Origin: Bacillota bacterium
Lineage (GTDB): Bacteria; Bacillota; Clostridia; Oscillospirales; Oscillospiraceae
DNA: 64,000 nucleotides
Assembly (NCBI GenBank): GCA_028719885.1
Contig: JAQYLT010000012.1
Span: 26,702-90,701 of the forward strand
Direction of reading: 5' to 3'
In this document: piece by piece, positions 43,215-52,279 of the stretch
Position numbering within the stretch: position 1 is the stretch's first letter
Layout: every line of letters begins with the position of its first letter
Program-made: the position numbers and the translations under genes
Notes under the pieces: model-generated
What the model saw: only the letters and a program-made list of their open reading frames with translations
Told to the model about the DNA's origin: nothing
Databases searched by the model: none

Positions 43215-43254
43215 CCCATATGGCGCGCCATATGCATTGCTTGCCACGAGTGTC

Positions 43255-43776
43255 TTATGCCGTTTTCTCCACCTTGCTATAAGAGAAAACAGCACGCTTC
43301 CCATAGTGATGATTTGCAATCTCTATGTAATCCGGTTCGCTGTCGTGAACTCTACTGTCAAAAGTGATTTCCGCTTCATCGCCGGTGTGAAGCACCTTCA
43401 CTTCTTCATCCCCGGATTCCGGCGGCAAACACCATAATCCTACAATACCGTCATAACTGTGATGATGAATCTCGATTTCCCCCAACTTCACGCAAAATCG
43501 GTAGGTTGACTTCCCTGGGTCCTGTGAAAAATCGATTGCATAGCCATGCAGTGCCAAAACAGGATGCAAGGTAACGGTCTTTTCTTCCATGTATACTCCA
43601 TCTTCTTTCTGCAAAATAGCCTTGCTGAGACTGGACTGTGTGACATAGAGATTCTGTGATGCCTGGTTGATCGATCCGCAGTGTGCGATCTCAACTGCGT
43701 ATTTCATCTGTTTTACAGAGATATCCAGCATTTTCTGCCTCACATTCTTGTCTGTAGCCTTATTTCTGTTTTCCAA
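43255..43776 (-). pseudogene. chimeric ORF: LysR-type HTH fragment fused to an unrelated ~110-aa His-containing segment
   Basis: MKYAVEIAHCGSINQASQNLYVTQSSLSKAI is a LysR HTH, but homology stops before the co-inducer domain. GC content is lower than in the neighbouring genes. Confidence 0.45.
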
Positions 43777-43995
43777 ATTATAGTGCGGATGCGTCGGTTT
43801 TTGTAGTCTCTTTATTTCATATTGTTATGAATCTATTTCATAACGCAGATTTCAAGTAGAATGCCGCAAGAAAAAACCACCAGTTCAACAGCTGGTGGTT
43901 TCCTTTTCCCTTCCGATATCCCGATTCAAGCTACAGATCGCAGGCCTATCCCTGTATCGCCAAAACGGGAGTTCAGAGTGATTGTTTCCCTGAAT

Positions 43996-45345
43996 TTACA
44001 GCACATGCGTTTCCCTATCCTTCCAAATCGACCTATAAAAGAAGATGGACATCACCGTTGCAACGCTCCATCCGATTGGCCAGGAGAGCCAGATGCCTGT
44101 CACTCCCCAGAGCTTGGAGAGTCCAAACGCGAGCACCACCCGAAGCACCAGGTCGGTAAAGGTGGCAGTCATGAACTGTCGCATTTTGCCCATGCCGCGA
44201 AGGACGCCGTCTGAGACCAGCTTGGCGGCAACCACAAAGTAAAAAGGTGCCACGATACGCAGGAATGTGACCCCCGTCTGCATTGCCTCTCCGGAGCCAT
44301 CATCCAGGAAAATATACACAAGGCTTTTTCCGAGGAAGAAATACAGGAGCGCAAAGGGAACGCAGAGGGTCCACACCAGCCCCAGTCCCGCCCGGAAACC
44401 GGCGCGAATACGGTCCAGCTTCCCTGCTCCCAAATTTTGGGCAGAGAAGTTGGAGATGCCATTGCCCAGCGTGGTCAGCGATGTGATGACCAGATTGTTC
44501 AGCTTGACCGCTGCGGAATATCCGGCAATGACTGCCGAACCAAAGGAATTGATCACGCCCTGGATGATGATGTTACCCACAGAAATAAAGCTTTGCTGCA
44601 AAATACTGGGCACTGCAACCACAGAAATCTTCCCCAGCAGCCTCCAGGAAAACAGCTCGGGCTTCTCGTCTGTTTCAATTCTTCCGAACCGCCTGAACAC
44701 AAAAATCACGGCTAGAATGCAGCTGACCCCCTGGCACAAAAAGGTTGCCCACGCCACACCGTCAACGCCCCGGGTGAACACGGTGGACAGCGCGGTGGTA
44801 AACAGGATGTCCATGCCGATATTGGAGACGGAGGACGCGGCAAGAAAATAAAAGGGTGTCTTGGAATCCCCCATCGCAGAGAAAATGCCCGTGGAAATAT
44901 TGTAGAAAAATACAAAAGGCAAGCCCAAAATGTAGATATCCAGATACAGCCTGGAGTTCGCCAGAATATCCGCCGGGGTGTGAATCCATTCCAGCAGCTG
45001 GCTGCTGAAACCGAAGCCCAGCGCCATCAGCACGGCACACAGCACGCCTGTTGCAATCAGCGCCGTAAATACCGCCGTCTTCATCTGCCCAAACCGCTTT
45101 GCCCCGAAAAGCTGGGAGGCAATCACGCTGCAGCCGATGTTGCAGCCGAATCCGAAGGCGATGAAAATCAGGGTCACTTCATAGCTGTTGCCCACCGCGG
45201 CCAAAGCCGCCTCTCCGACGAATTTGCCCGCCACAAAACTGTCCGCCACATTATAAAGCTGCTGGAAAATCACACTGCCGAAGAGCGGCAGGCAGAATTT
45301 CAGCAAGACCCTGGAGGGTTCGCCAACGGTCAAGTCTTTATTCAT
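43996..45345 (-). CDS. MATE-family efflux transporter
   Basis: 449 aa, 12 TM segments, MatE-type N-terminus (LLKFCLPLFGSVIFQQLYNVADS). Confidence 0.88.
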   Translation of the reverse strand: MNKDLTVGEPSRVLLKFCLPLFGSVIFQQLYNVADSFVAGKFVGEAALAAVGNSYEVTLIFIAFGFGCNIGCSVIASQLFGAKRFGQMKTAVFTALIATGVLCAVLMALGFGFSSQLLEWIHTPADILANSRLYLDIYILGLPFVFFYNISTGIFSAMGDSKTPFYFLAASSVSNIGMDILFTTALSTVFTRGVDGVAWATFLCQGVSCILAVIFVFRRFGRIETDEKPELFSWRLLGKISVVAVPSILQQSFISVGNIIIQGVINSFGSAVIAGYSAAVKLNNLVITSLTTLGNGISNFSAQNLGAGKLDRIRAGFRAGLGLVWTLCVPFALLYFFLGKSLVYIFLDDGSGEAMQTGVTFLRIVAPFYFVVAAKLVSDGVLRGMGKMRQFMTATFTDLVLRVVLAFGLSKLWGVTGIWLSWPIGWSVATVMSIFFYRSIWKDRETHVL

Positions 45346-45351
45346 AGATGC

Positions 45352-45615
45352 TCACACTTTCTTTTCAGGAAAGGAAAACACCGCCGTGGTGTAGCTCAGC
45401 ATCGCGCCGATGACATAGAACGCAAATATCCAGGGGACTGGCTTCTCCATCGCTTTCCAGACGATTCCCACCACAAATCCAATACAGATGGTAATCATGG
45501 TCAGCCGTTCCCACTTTGCAGCGGACTGTCCGCCGCTGCTGAGAAAACGCAGCAATTCCCAAGCCAGCCCGGCGCAAATACACAGAATCATCATACACTC
45601 GAAAATCGTTTCCAT
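45352..45615 (-). CDS. small membrane protein (3 TM), function unknown
   Basis: 87 aa, ending 6 nt upstream of the MATE start. Confidence 0.5.
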   Translation of the reverse strand: METIFECMMILCICAGLAWELLRFLSSGGQSAAKWERLTMITICIGFVVGIVWKAMEKPVPWIFAFYVIGAMLSYTTAVFSFPEKKV

Positions 45616-45732
45616 ATCTCTTTCCTTTCTTTTTGTTGACTCCCGAAGGTGCCTGTATTATAATCCAGTTCAGATTGATATGTAAAATATATTATTTGCA
45701 TATCGGAAATATAAAAAAGGTATGATTTGAGC

Positions 45733-46626
45733 ATGTACATCAATTTGGACCATTACAGGGCTTTTTACTACGTTGCCAAATACGGGAATATTACCCGGGC
45801 GGCAGCCGCACTGATGAATAACCAGCCCAATGTGACAAGAACCATAAAGCTTCTGGAAAAGGAGCTGGGCTGCACCCTGTTTGTTCGTTCCAGCCGGGGT
45901 GTTCAGCTGACCCCCGACGGAGAAAAGCTGTTTGCCCATGTCCGTATCGCCATGGAGCAGCTGGAGATGGGTGCGGAGGAGCTGATGATGGATCAGACCC
46001 TGCAGAGCGGCACCGTCACCATCGGCGCAAGCGAGGTGGCGCTGCGCTGCTTCCTGCTGCCGGTTCTGAAGGAATTCCATCAACAGTATCCCAATGTGCG
46101 GCTGAGAATCTATAATTACTCCGCTGCCGAAGCAATCACCAGTCTGAAGAACGGCATTGTGGATCTGTCCGTTGCCCGGGTTCCCATGGAGGCGGCGAAA
46201 GGCTTGTCTGCACGAATCCTCTGCCACATTCCGGAGGTCGCCGTCTGTGGAAACGCCTTTCGGCACCTTGCCCAGCAGGAATGCGATCTGGAGCAGCTGA
46301 CCCATTATCCGATCATTTCCCTGGACGCCAATACATTGATGTATCAGGTCTACAGCACCTGGTTTGCCAGCCATGGACTGCGCTTTTGCCCAGAGGTGGA
46401 GGTGACGACTTCCGACCAGATTCTCCCCATCGCGGCATGCAATCTTGGAATTGGCTTTGTCCCGGAAGCTTTTCTGTCCGAGGCCCCGGAGGGAAGCGTT
46501 TACCGGCTGCGGCTGAAAGAACCCATTCCGGTGCGCTCTCTGTGCTTCCTGAAACGAAAGGATCTTCCAGCCTCTGCCGCCGGGAAACGGTTGGAGGAGA
46601 TGATTCTCAGCGCTGCCAGAAAATGA
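45733..46626 (+). CDS. LysR-family transcriptional regulator
   Basis: HTH YVAKYGNITRAAAALMNNQPNVTRTIKLLE with a LysR substrate-binding domain. ATG at 45733; the ORF track starts at a TTG at 45727. Confidence 0.85.
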   Translation: MYINLDHYRAFYYVAKYGNITRAAAALMNNQPNVTRTIKLLEKELGCTLFVRSSRGVQLTPDGEKLFAHVRIAMEQLEMGAEELMMDQTLQSGTVTIGASEVALRCFLLPVLKEFHQQYPNVRLRIYNYSAAEAITSLKNGIVDLSVARVPMEAAKGLSARILCHIPEVAVCGNAFRHLAQQECDLEQLTHYPIISLDANTLMYQVYSTWFASHGLRFCPEVEVTTSDQILPIAACNLGIGFVPEAFLSEAPEGSVYRLRLKEPIPVRSLCFLKRKDLPASAAGKRLEEMILSAARK

Positions 46627-46627
46627 A

Positions 46628-46656
46628 TTGACAAGTCCTCTATCTATCAGTATAAT
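46628..46656 (+). promoter_or_regulatory. consensus sigma-70 promoter driving the riboswitch leader
   Basis: TTGACA, 17-nt spacer, TATAAT. Confidence 0.65.
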
Positions 46657-46679
46657 TATATCGGAACGAAAAAATGTAC

Positions 46680-46843
46680 CATTCAGGTGCCCGGGGTGGA
46701 ATCAACACGGACGGGTGAAAAGGGAAGCCGGTGGGAATCCGGCACGATGCTGTCACTGTGTATGGGAGCTGTTTTCGATTGCTCACTGGGAAACCGGGAA
46801 GAGGAAAATGGCGATGATCAAAGTCAGGAGACCTGCCTGAATG
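46680..46843 (+). promoter_or_regulatory. cobalamin (B12) riboswitch aptamer
   Basis: P1 helix CATTCAGG/CCTGAATG. Core AAAAGGGAAGCCGGTGGGAATCCGGCAC...CACTGT, GCTCACTGGGAAACCGGGAAG, and B12 box AGTCAGGAGACCTGCC. Confidence 0.85.
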
Positions 46844-46980
46844 TGGAATTTCGGATTCGCAGTCTACGGATCGTCTTTCTCACATGTTTTCTTTCATTGG
46901 GCAGAAAAAAGCTGTGCGTCGATTGGCGCATGGCAGTTTTGTGTATGCTTTTTCCGATGAAAGGGAAGCTGTTTTGATTG

Positions 46981-47005
46981 CCGCCGTAGCAATACGGCGG
47001 TTTTT
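46981..47005 (+). terminator. intrinsic terminator (expression platform candidate) 25 nt upstream of the LysR ATG
   Basis: CCGCCGTA GCAA TACGGCGG TTTTT. Confidence 0.7.
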
Positions 47006-47029
47006 GCTGCCTTTTTGGAGGGATCAAGG

Positions 47030-47962
47030 ATGAATACGCTGTACTTCAACTACGCACTGGAGGTAGAAAAAACAGCCTCCATCACCCAGGCCGCGGACAA
47101 TCTGTTTATGACCCAGCCCACCTTGAGCAAAGCCATCAAGGACCTGGAAAACAGTCTGGGCTTTTCCATATTTCGCCGCACCTCCAAGGGAGTGGTTCCC
47201 ACCCAGAAGGGACGGGAATTTCTGGAGCACGCCCGGAAAATTGTGGCGCAGATTGAAAAGATGGAGCTGTCCCTGCAATCCAGAGATTCTGTAAACCAGG
47301 TCTTCAGCCTTGCCATTCCCCGAGCCAGCTATATTTCCCAGGCTGCGGCGAAATTCCTGTGCTCTTTTGACAACAGCCGGGAAATGGAGCTGGACATTCT
47401 GGAAACCAGCTCCCTGAATGTAATTGAAAAGGTGGCCACTGGAAATTTTGTGCTGGGTATCATCCGCTGCCATGTAGAGGACGAGGATTATTTTCTGAAA
47501 AATCTGGCGGAAAAGGGGCTGCAATATGAAAATCTGTGGCAGTCCCACTTTGTGGCGCTGATGTCCCAGAATCACCCCCTTGCCCGACAGTCCAAGCTGA
47601 CGGCAGAGGAGTTTGCCCCTTATATTGAAGTCGCCTTTGGGGATGACCATGTGCCCTATGTTCGGGTGAGCAGCCACAGCAGAGCAACGGATACGCTGAA
47701 TAACAAGCGGATTCTGGTTTATGACCGTGCCATGCAGTTTGACCTGCTGCGGGCCAACTCCCTGGCGTATATGTGGACATCTCCCCTGCCCGTGCAGCTG
47801 CTGGAGCAGAACAACCTGGTCCAGCGCAAAATCAAAAACAGCTGTGAATTCAAGGACCTGCTTATCAGCCGGGCCGGCTACCGGTACAGCAAGCTGGACC
47901 GGGATTTCATCAACGAATTGACGTTACAGCGAAATGAGGTTGCCTATACAGACGGCTTCTGA
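47030..47962 (+). CDS. LysR-family transcriptional regulator (downstream of the B12 riboswitch)
   Basis: 310 aa counted from the ATG after GGAGGGA. HTH ITQAADNLFMTQPTLSKAIKDLE. Confidence 0.85.
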   Translation: MNTLYFNYALEVEKTASITQAADNLFMTQPTLSKAIKDLENSLGFSIFRRTSKGVVPTQKGREFLEHARKIVAQIEKMELSLQSRDSVNQVFSLAIPRASYISQAAAKFLCSFDNSREMELDILETSSLNVIEKVATGNFVLGIIRCHVEDEDYFLKNLAEKGLQYENLWQSHFVALMSQNHPLARQSKLTAEEFAPYIEVAFGDDHVPYVRVSSHSRATDTLNNKRILVYDRAMQFDLLRANSLAYMWTSPLPVQLLEQNNLVQRKIKNSCEFKDLLISRAGYRYSKLDRDFINELTLQRNEVAYTDGF

Positions 47963-48518
47963 GCCATGCCACACCGGAATGTCTGTCATTCCGTTTTCAA
48001 TCACCTTTCTCTCTTCTGGGTTTCAAAAAAATAGGAGCCTGCCGAAAAAAGATGGCCGCTTGCGGGGTCAGTGAATTTTTCGGCAGGCTCTTTTTATCTT
48101 TTTGTGAGAAATGTCATAAGAAGTCAGTTGCTCCTTTGTGGCAATCTTCGATGTCATATTTTGATTTGCTTTAAGCTGTTTTACCCCCAAATGACACCGC
48201 TTTTATGGGAAAAAGGGTCAGAGAAATCAAGTCTATCCATACAAGAATGGAATCTGTGCCATTCGGAAGTTGAATTGACGGGAGCGCACAGGAATGATAT
48301 GATGGGAGCGTCAATAAACTTCAATTGATAACACACCGAAACTACATGGATATTGACTGGTCCATCCATGCGTGTCGGTGTGTTGACAAAACAAGTTTTC
48401 TCAGAACGAACCTTCCTCGTTCTTTGAAATCACCTTCTTATGGAAATGCGCCGCGTATCTTGCAGTCAGATGTGCGGCGTGTTTTCATAAGCATAAACCA
48501 TGTCAGAAAGGATTGTGC

Positions 48519-49619
48519 ATGATGTCAACCATCTTCATCTCCCCCTCCAAATACATTCAGGGCCCGGGCGAAATAAACAACATCGGTAAATATACCGCTG
48601 GGCTGGGCAAAAAGGCGCTGTGCGTGATCTCCAAGGGTGGATATACCCGTCAGGGTTCCCAGATTGAAGCCAGCTTTGCAGGTGTCGATGCCGATGTGAT
48701 TTTTGACTATTTTAATGGCGAATGCTCTATGAATGAGATTAACCGACTGGTTGACGTCGTCAAAGAGAAGCAGTGTGACGTGGTTATCGGTGTCGGCGGC
48801 GGCAAGATTTTCGACACCGCAAAGGCTGTGGCCTACCATGTGGGAGCTCCGGTCATCATCTGCCCCACCATCGCCTCCACTGACGCTCCCTGCTCCGCAC
48901 TTTCCGTCATTTATACCGATGAGGGCGTATTCCAGGAGTATCTGTTCCTGCCCTCTAATCCCAATCTGGTCATAATGGACACCCAGATCATTGCCGACAG
49001 CCCTGTCCGGCTGACGGTTTCCGGCATGGGCGATGCCATGGCCACCTGCTTTGAGGCAAGAGCCTGCTGCCTTTCCGGTGCCAGCACCTGTGCAGGCGGC
49101 AAGGTCAGCGTTGCGGCCTTGGGCATTGCAAAGCTGTGCTTTGACACGCTGATGAATGACGGTCTGCTGGCGAAATCCGCATTGGAAACCCACACCTGCA
49201 CCCCTGCCGTAGAGCGGGTCATTGAGGCCAATACGCTGCTGTCCGGCATTGGTTTTGAGTCCGGCGGTCTGGCGGGTGCCCATGCCATCCACAACGGCCT
49301 GACTGTCCTGGAGGAATGCCACCACATGCAGCACGGCGAAAAGGTCAACTTCGGTACCCTCACCCAGCTGGTTTTGGAGCAGATTCCCGAGGAGGAATTG
49401 TGTGTTATGCTGAACTGGATGACCGCTGTCGGGTTGCCGGTTACGCTGAAGGAGCTGGGCATCACCGATGACAGCCGTGAACATCTGATGCCCGTTGCCG
49501 AGGCAGCCTGCGCTGTAAACGATACCATGCACAACCTCCCCTTCCAAGTGGACGCCGAGCGCGTCTACAATGCGATCCTGGTTGCGGATTCCTACGGCCG
49601 GGCAGCGCTGGCAATGTAA
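48519..49619 (+). CDS. gldA: glycerol dehydrogenase (iron-containing ADH family)
   Basis: GVGGGKIFDTAKA, IASTDAPCSALSV and GMGDAMAT motifs. ATG at 48519 follows AAAGGA. Confidence 0.88.
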   Translation: MMSTIFISPSKYIQGPGEINNIGKYTAGLGKKALCVISKGGYTRQGSQIEASFAGVDADVIFDYFNGECSMNEINRLVDVVKEKQCDVVIGVGGGKIFDTAKAVAYHVGAPVIICPTIASTDAPCSALSVIYTDEGVFQEYLFLPSNPNLVIMDTQIIADSPVRLTVSGMGDAMATCFEARACCLSGASTCAGGKVSVAALGIAKLCFDTLMNDGLLAKSALETHTCTPAVERVIEANTLLSGIGFESGGLAGAHAIHNGLTVLEECHHMQHGEKVNFGTLTQLVLEQIPEEELCVMLNWMTAVGLPVTLKELGITDDSREHLMPVAEAACAVNDTMHNLPFQVDAERVYNAILVADSYGRAALAM

Positions 49620-49932
49620 ATCCAGCCGAACGCCCAGGGGAACCCCATGCTATGCTCCATGCCGTAATCAGATTGCAAAACTATTTCAAATTATTCTCTC
49701 CTACCCATGCCAAAGAAGAAAGAGTGCCATAAATGTTTTCTATTTCCCTTTTTCTCAACGATGTTGTATAATAAAGGCACATAGGAAATACCCCCTTTAC
49801 CGATGCTTCTGACAGGTGACAGATTTTTCTTCTTGTATCTGTGTTGGAGCAGCTGCCGGAAGCATCGGTACTCCTTTTCTTTTGTCATTTCGGAATGCTG
49901 CCCAATCATTCTGGTATGATTTCCCTAGCTGG

Positions 49933-49972
49933 AAACACGCCGCACACTCTTGAGGAGGTGCGGCGTGTTTTC
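49933..49972. terminator. bidirectional terminator hairpin
   Basis: AAACACGCCGCAC / GTGCGGCGTGTTT flanked by T-rich tracts, 3' of the minus-strand CGGC gene. Confidence 0.7.
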
Positions 49973-49999
49973 TGTGATGGGTTTCTTTACAAATCCAGT

Positions 50000-50335
50000 T
50001 CAATGGGTTCCCCATACAACGCGGATGCCCTTTTCTTCCAGCAAATCCGCAGACCTTTGCATATGGGGACAGTGGGTGCCGTCCCGGTGGGAGGCGCAGA
50101 TTCCAATGTGGGCGGTTTCCACGCCGCAGCTGACGATTCGTTCCAGCTTTTCCATCATTCCAGCATCTGCTTCCGGGTCCACACCGCATTGGCTGCACCG
50201 CAGGAACGCACACAGCTGCACCTGCTCACCGGCATATTCCCGGAAATAGGCCCGCCGCTGCTCCAGCGCATCTAGGCACCCCACTCCGGCGCACACATCG
50301 TTGGCCTTCAGGCAGGCCAGAATGGCGATCTTCAT
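50000..50335 (-). CDS. CGGC-domain-like Cys/His-rich protein
   Basis: 111 aa: MKIAILACLK...VCAGVGC...CSQCG...HIGIC...HCPH. Its start lies 3 nt after the ABC ATPase stop. Confidence 0.7.
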   Translation of the reverse strand: MKIAILACLKANDVCAGVGCLDALEQRRAYFREYAGEQVQLCAFLRCSQCGVDPEADAGMMEKLERIVSCGVETAHIGICASHRDGTHCPHMQRSADLLEEKGIRVVWGTH

Positions 50336-50338
50336 TTT

Positions 50339-51115
50339 TTACCCCCATTCACTTTGAGAGAAGTATACCACATTCAGCTTTCCGGTTTTCGGATGGCGCA
50401 TCACATCGCAATCCACCTCGTAAACCTCCCGGATCAGCTCCGACGTGATGATCTGCTCCGGGCAGCCGTGGGCAACCACGCAGCCGTCCTTCATCACATA
50501 CACATAGTCACAGTACATCAGCGTCAGATTCAGGTCATGCAGCGCCGCCAAGACACCAATATTCAAGGATTTCACCACATCCATGATCTGAATCTGATAC
50601 TTGATATCCAAATGGTTTGTGGGTTCATCCAGAATCATCATGTCCACCTGCTGTGCCAATGTTCTTGCTAGCAGGATTCTCTGCTTCTCCCCGCCGGACA
50701 GGGTGAGAAAGCTGCGATCCCGGAATTCCAGCATATTCACCCGGCGCAGACTATCCTCTACAATTTGAAAATCCTCTGCGGTGTCCCGGGACAGTGCCTT
50801 TTTGTGGGGGGCTCTGCCCATGAGGACGACCTCCTCCACCGTAAAATCGAAGCTCATGTTTGTAAACTGGCTGACCACACCCATCCGTTTCGCAGATTCC
50901 CGATGGGGAAGCCGGGTGATATCCGTATCATCCAGAGTGATGATTCCTGAGGCTGGCTTTAATACCCGGTACACGCTTTTCAGCAGGGTGGTCTTTCCGC
51001 TGCCGTTGGGCCCCAGCAGTCCCACAAACTGCCTTCCCTTTACCTGAAGGGAAGCCTGCTTCACAATGTCCTTTCTGGACAGGCGAACCACCACATCCGT
51101 CGCTTTCAGCTCCAT
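50339..51115 (-). CDS. ABC ATP-binding protein (FecE/BtuD-type)
   Basis: 258 aa counted from the ATG at 51115 (ATGA overlap with the permease stop). Walker A GPNGSGKTT, signature LSGGEKQR. Confidence 0.88.
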   Translation of the reverse strand: MELKATDVVVRLSRKDIVKQASLQVKGRQFVGLLGPNGSGKTTLLKSVYRVLKPASGIITLDDTDITRLPHRESAKRMGVVSQFTNMSFDFTVEEVVLMGRAPHKKALSRDTAEDFQIVEDSLRRVNMLEFRDRSFLTLSGGEKQRILLARTLAQQVDMMILDEPTNHLDIKYQIQIMDVVKSLNIGVLAALHDLNLTLMYCDYVYVMKDGCVVAHGCPEQIITSELIREVYEVDCDVMRHPKTGKLNVVYFSQSEWG

Positions 51116-52203
51116 CAGTCGTGCCCTCCAAATCCATAGGATTTTTTCACCATCATGTAGACGAAAATCGGAGCACCCACAGCGGAAGTAATCACGCCAA
51201 TGGGAATCTCCGTGTTGGCAATCAGCACTCTGGCCAGCACATCCGCCCAGATGAGAAAGATGCCTCCGGTCAATGCTGCCATGGGAAGCAGAAAGCGATG
51301 ATCCGACCCCACAAAGCCCCGGACGATATGGGGAATCATCAGACCTACAAAGCCCACAATGCCGCAGGTACACACCGCCACAGCGGACAGCAGGGAGGTC
51401 AGTACCATATACACCTTTCGCCGCTTTGCCAAATCCACGCCCAGGGTGATGGCTGCTTCATCTCCCAGCAGCAGGGTGTTCAGCGTCCGGCCCTGGGTCA
51501 GGAAGAACAAAAGCCCCAGCCCCATGCAGATGCCCGGAAGCAGGAGCTTCTCCCAGCGTGCGGAGGTCATGCTGCCCAGCAGCCAGTAGGACACGGTTTT
51601 CATGTCCTCCGAATTGCTGTTGCCCACATAAATAATCATATTCGTAAAGGAACTGCATAGACTGCCTACCACACTGCCCGCCAGCACCAGCTTAGCTGAG
51701 GTGATTCTCCCCCCACCCATACTGGCAAGCAGCATCACCAGACTCATGGCCCCCAACGCCCCGGCAAAGGCCCAGAAAGCGGTGCCCATTCCCGCAAGCA
51801 CGCCGGTAAATACCGCAGATGCGCCAATCATAATGGAAAAGGTGGCACCCAAGGAAGCACCGGAGGAGATACCCAGAATATAGGGGTCTGCCAGAGGATT
51901 CTGTACGGTGGCCTGCATGACCACGCCGCACATCGCTAGCAGCACCCCAATGATTGCCCCCATAAGAACCCGGGGCATCCGAATATTCCAGACAATCTCA
52001 TAAACGGTTCCCTTGGAAAGAAAGCTCGCCTCACCAATGGGGATATGGGTCAGCTTATATAGAATAATGCGGTAAACATCCCACAGGGGTATTTTCACCG
52101 CACCGATGGTCACTGCCAGAAGCACAGAGAACACGAACAGTCCGGCAAAGCCCACTGTCAAGGCACTCAGCATCAAATGACGCTGGCGCAAATGCTTGTC
52201 CAT
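51115..52203 (-). CDS. ABC permease (FecCD/BtuC-type)
   Basis: About 362 aa counted from the ATG at 52203, FecCD-like multi-TM. The upstream part of the track ORF is rejected. Confidence 0.85.
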   Translation of the reverse strand: MDKHLRQRHLMLSALTVGFAGLFVFSVLLAVTIGAVKIPLWDVYRIILYKLTHIPIGEASFLSKGTVYEIVWNIRMPRVLMGAIIGVLLAMCGVVMQATVQNPLADPYILGISSGASLGATFSIMIGASAVFTGVLAGMGTAFWAFAGALGAMSLVMLLASMGGGRITSAKLVLAGSVVGSLCSSFTNMIIYVGNSNSEDMKTVSYWLLGSMTSARWEKLLLPGICMGLGLLFFLTQGRTLNTLLLGDEAAITLGVDLAKRRKVYMVLTSLLSAVAVCTCGIVGFVGLMIPHIVRGFVGSDHRFLLPMAALTGGIFLIWADVLARVLIANTEIPIGVITSAVGAPIFVYMMVKKSYGFGGHD

Positions 52204-52279
52204 CCGATACACCTTCCTTGATATGGCCATTCGCCACTCCGGCGGGGTTTCCACCGGAGTGGCTTGGTATCGATGCTTC

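Noticed and set aside
49691-49909. 72-aa ORF (MTKEKEYRCFRQLLQHRYKKK...) in the AT-rich spacer after gldA as a transposase fragment
   Set aside because: No recognisable transposase motif, the ORF is short, and the region contains a 12-bp inverted repeat and terminators. The evidence is insufficient.
48472-49972. Identical 15-mer GTGCGGCGTGTTTTC on both sides of gldA (48472-48486 and 49958-49972) as possible cassette boundaries
   Set aside because: A single 15-nt match is roughly what chance predicts among all position pairs in a 64-kb window. Both copies are simply the 3' halves of terminator-like hairpins.
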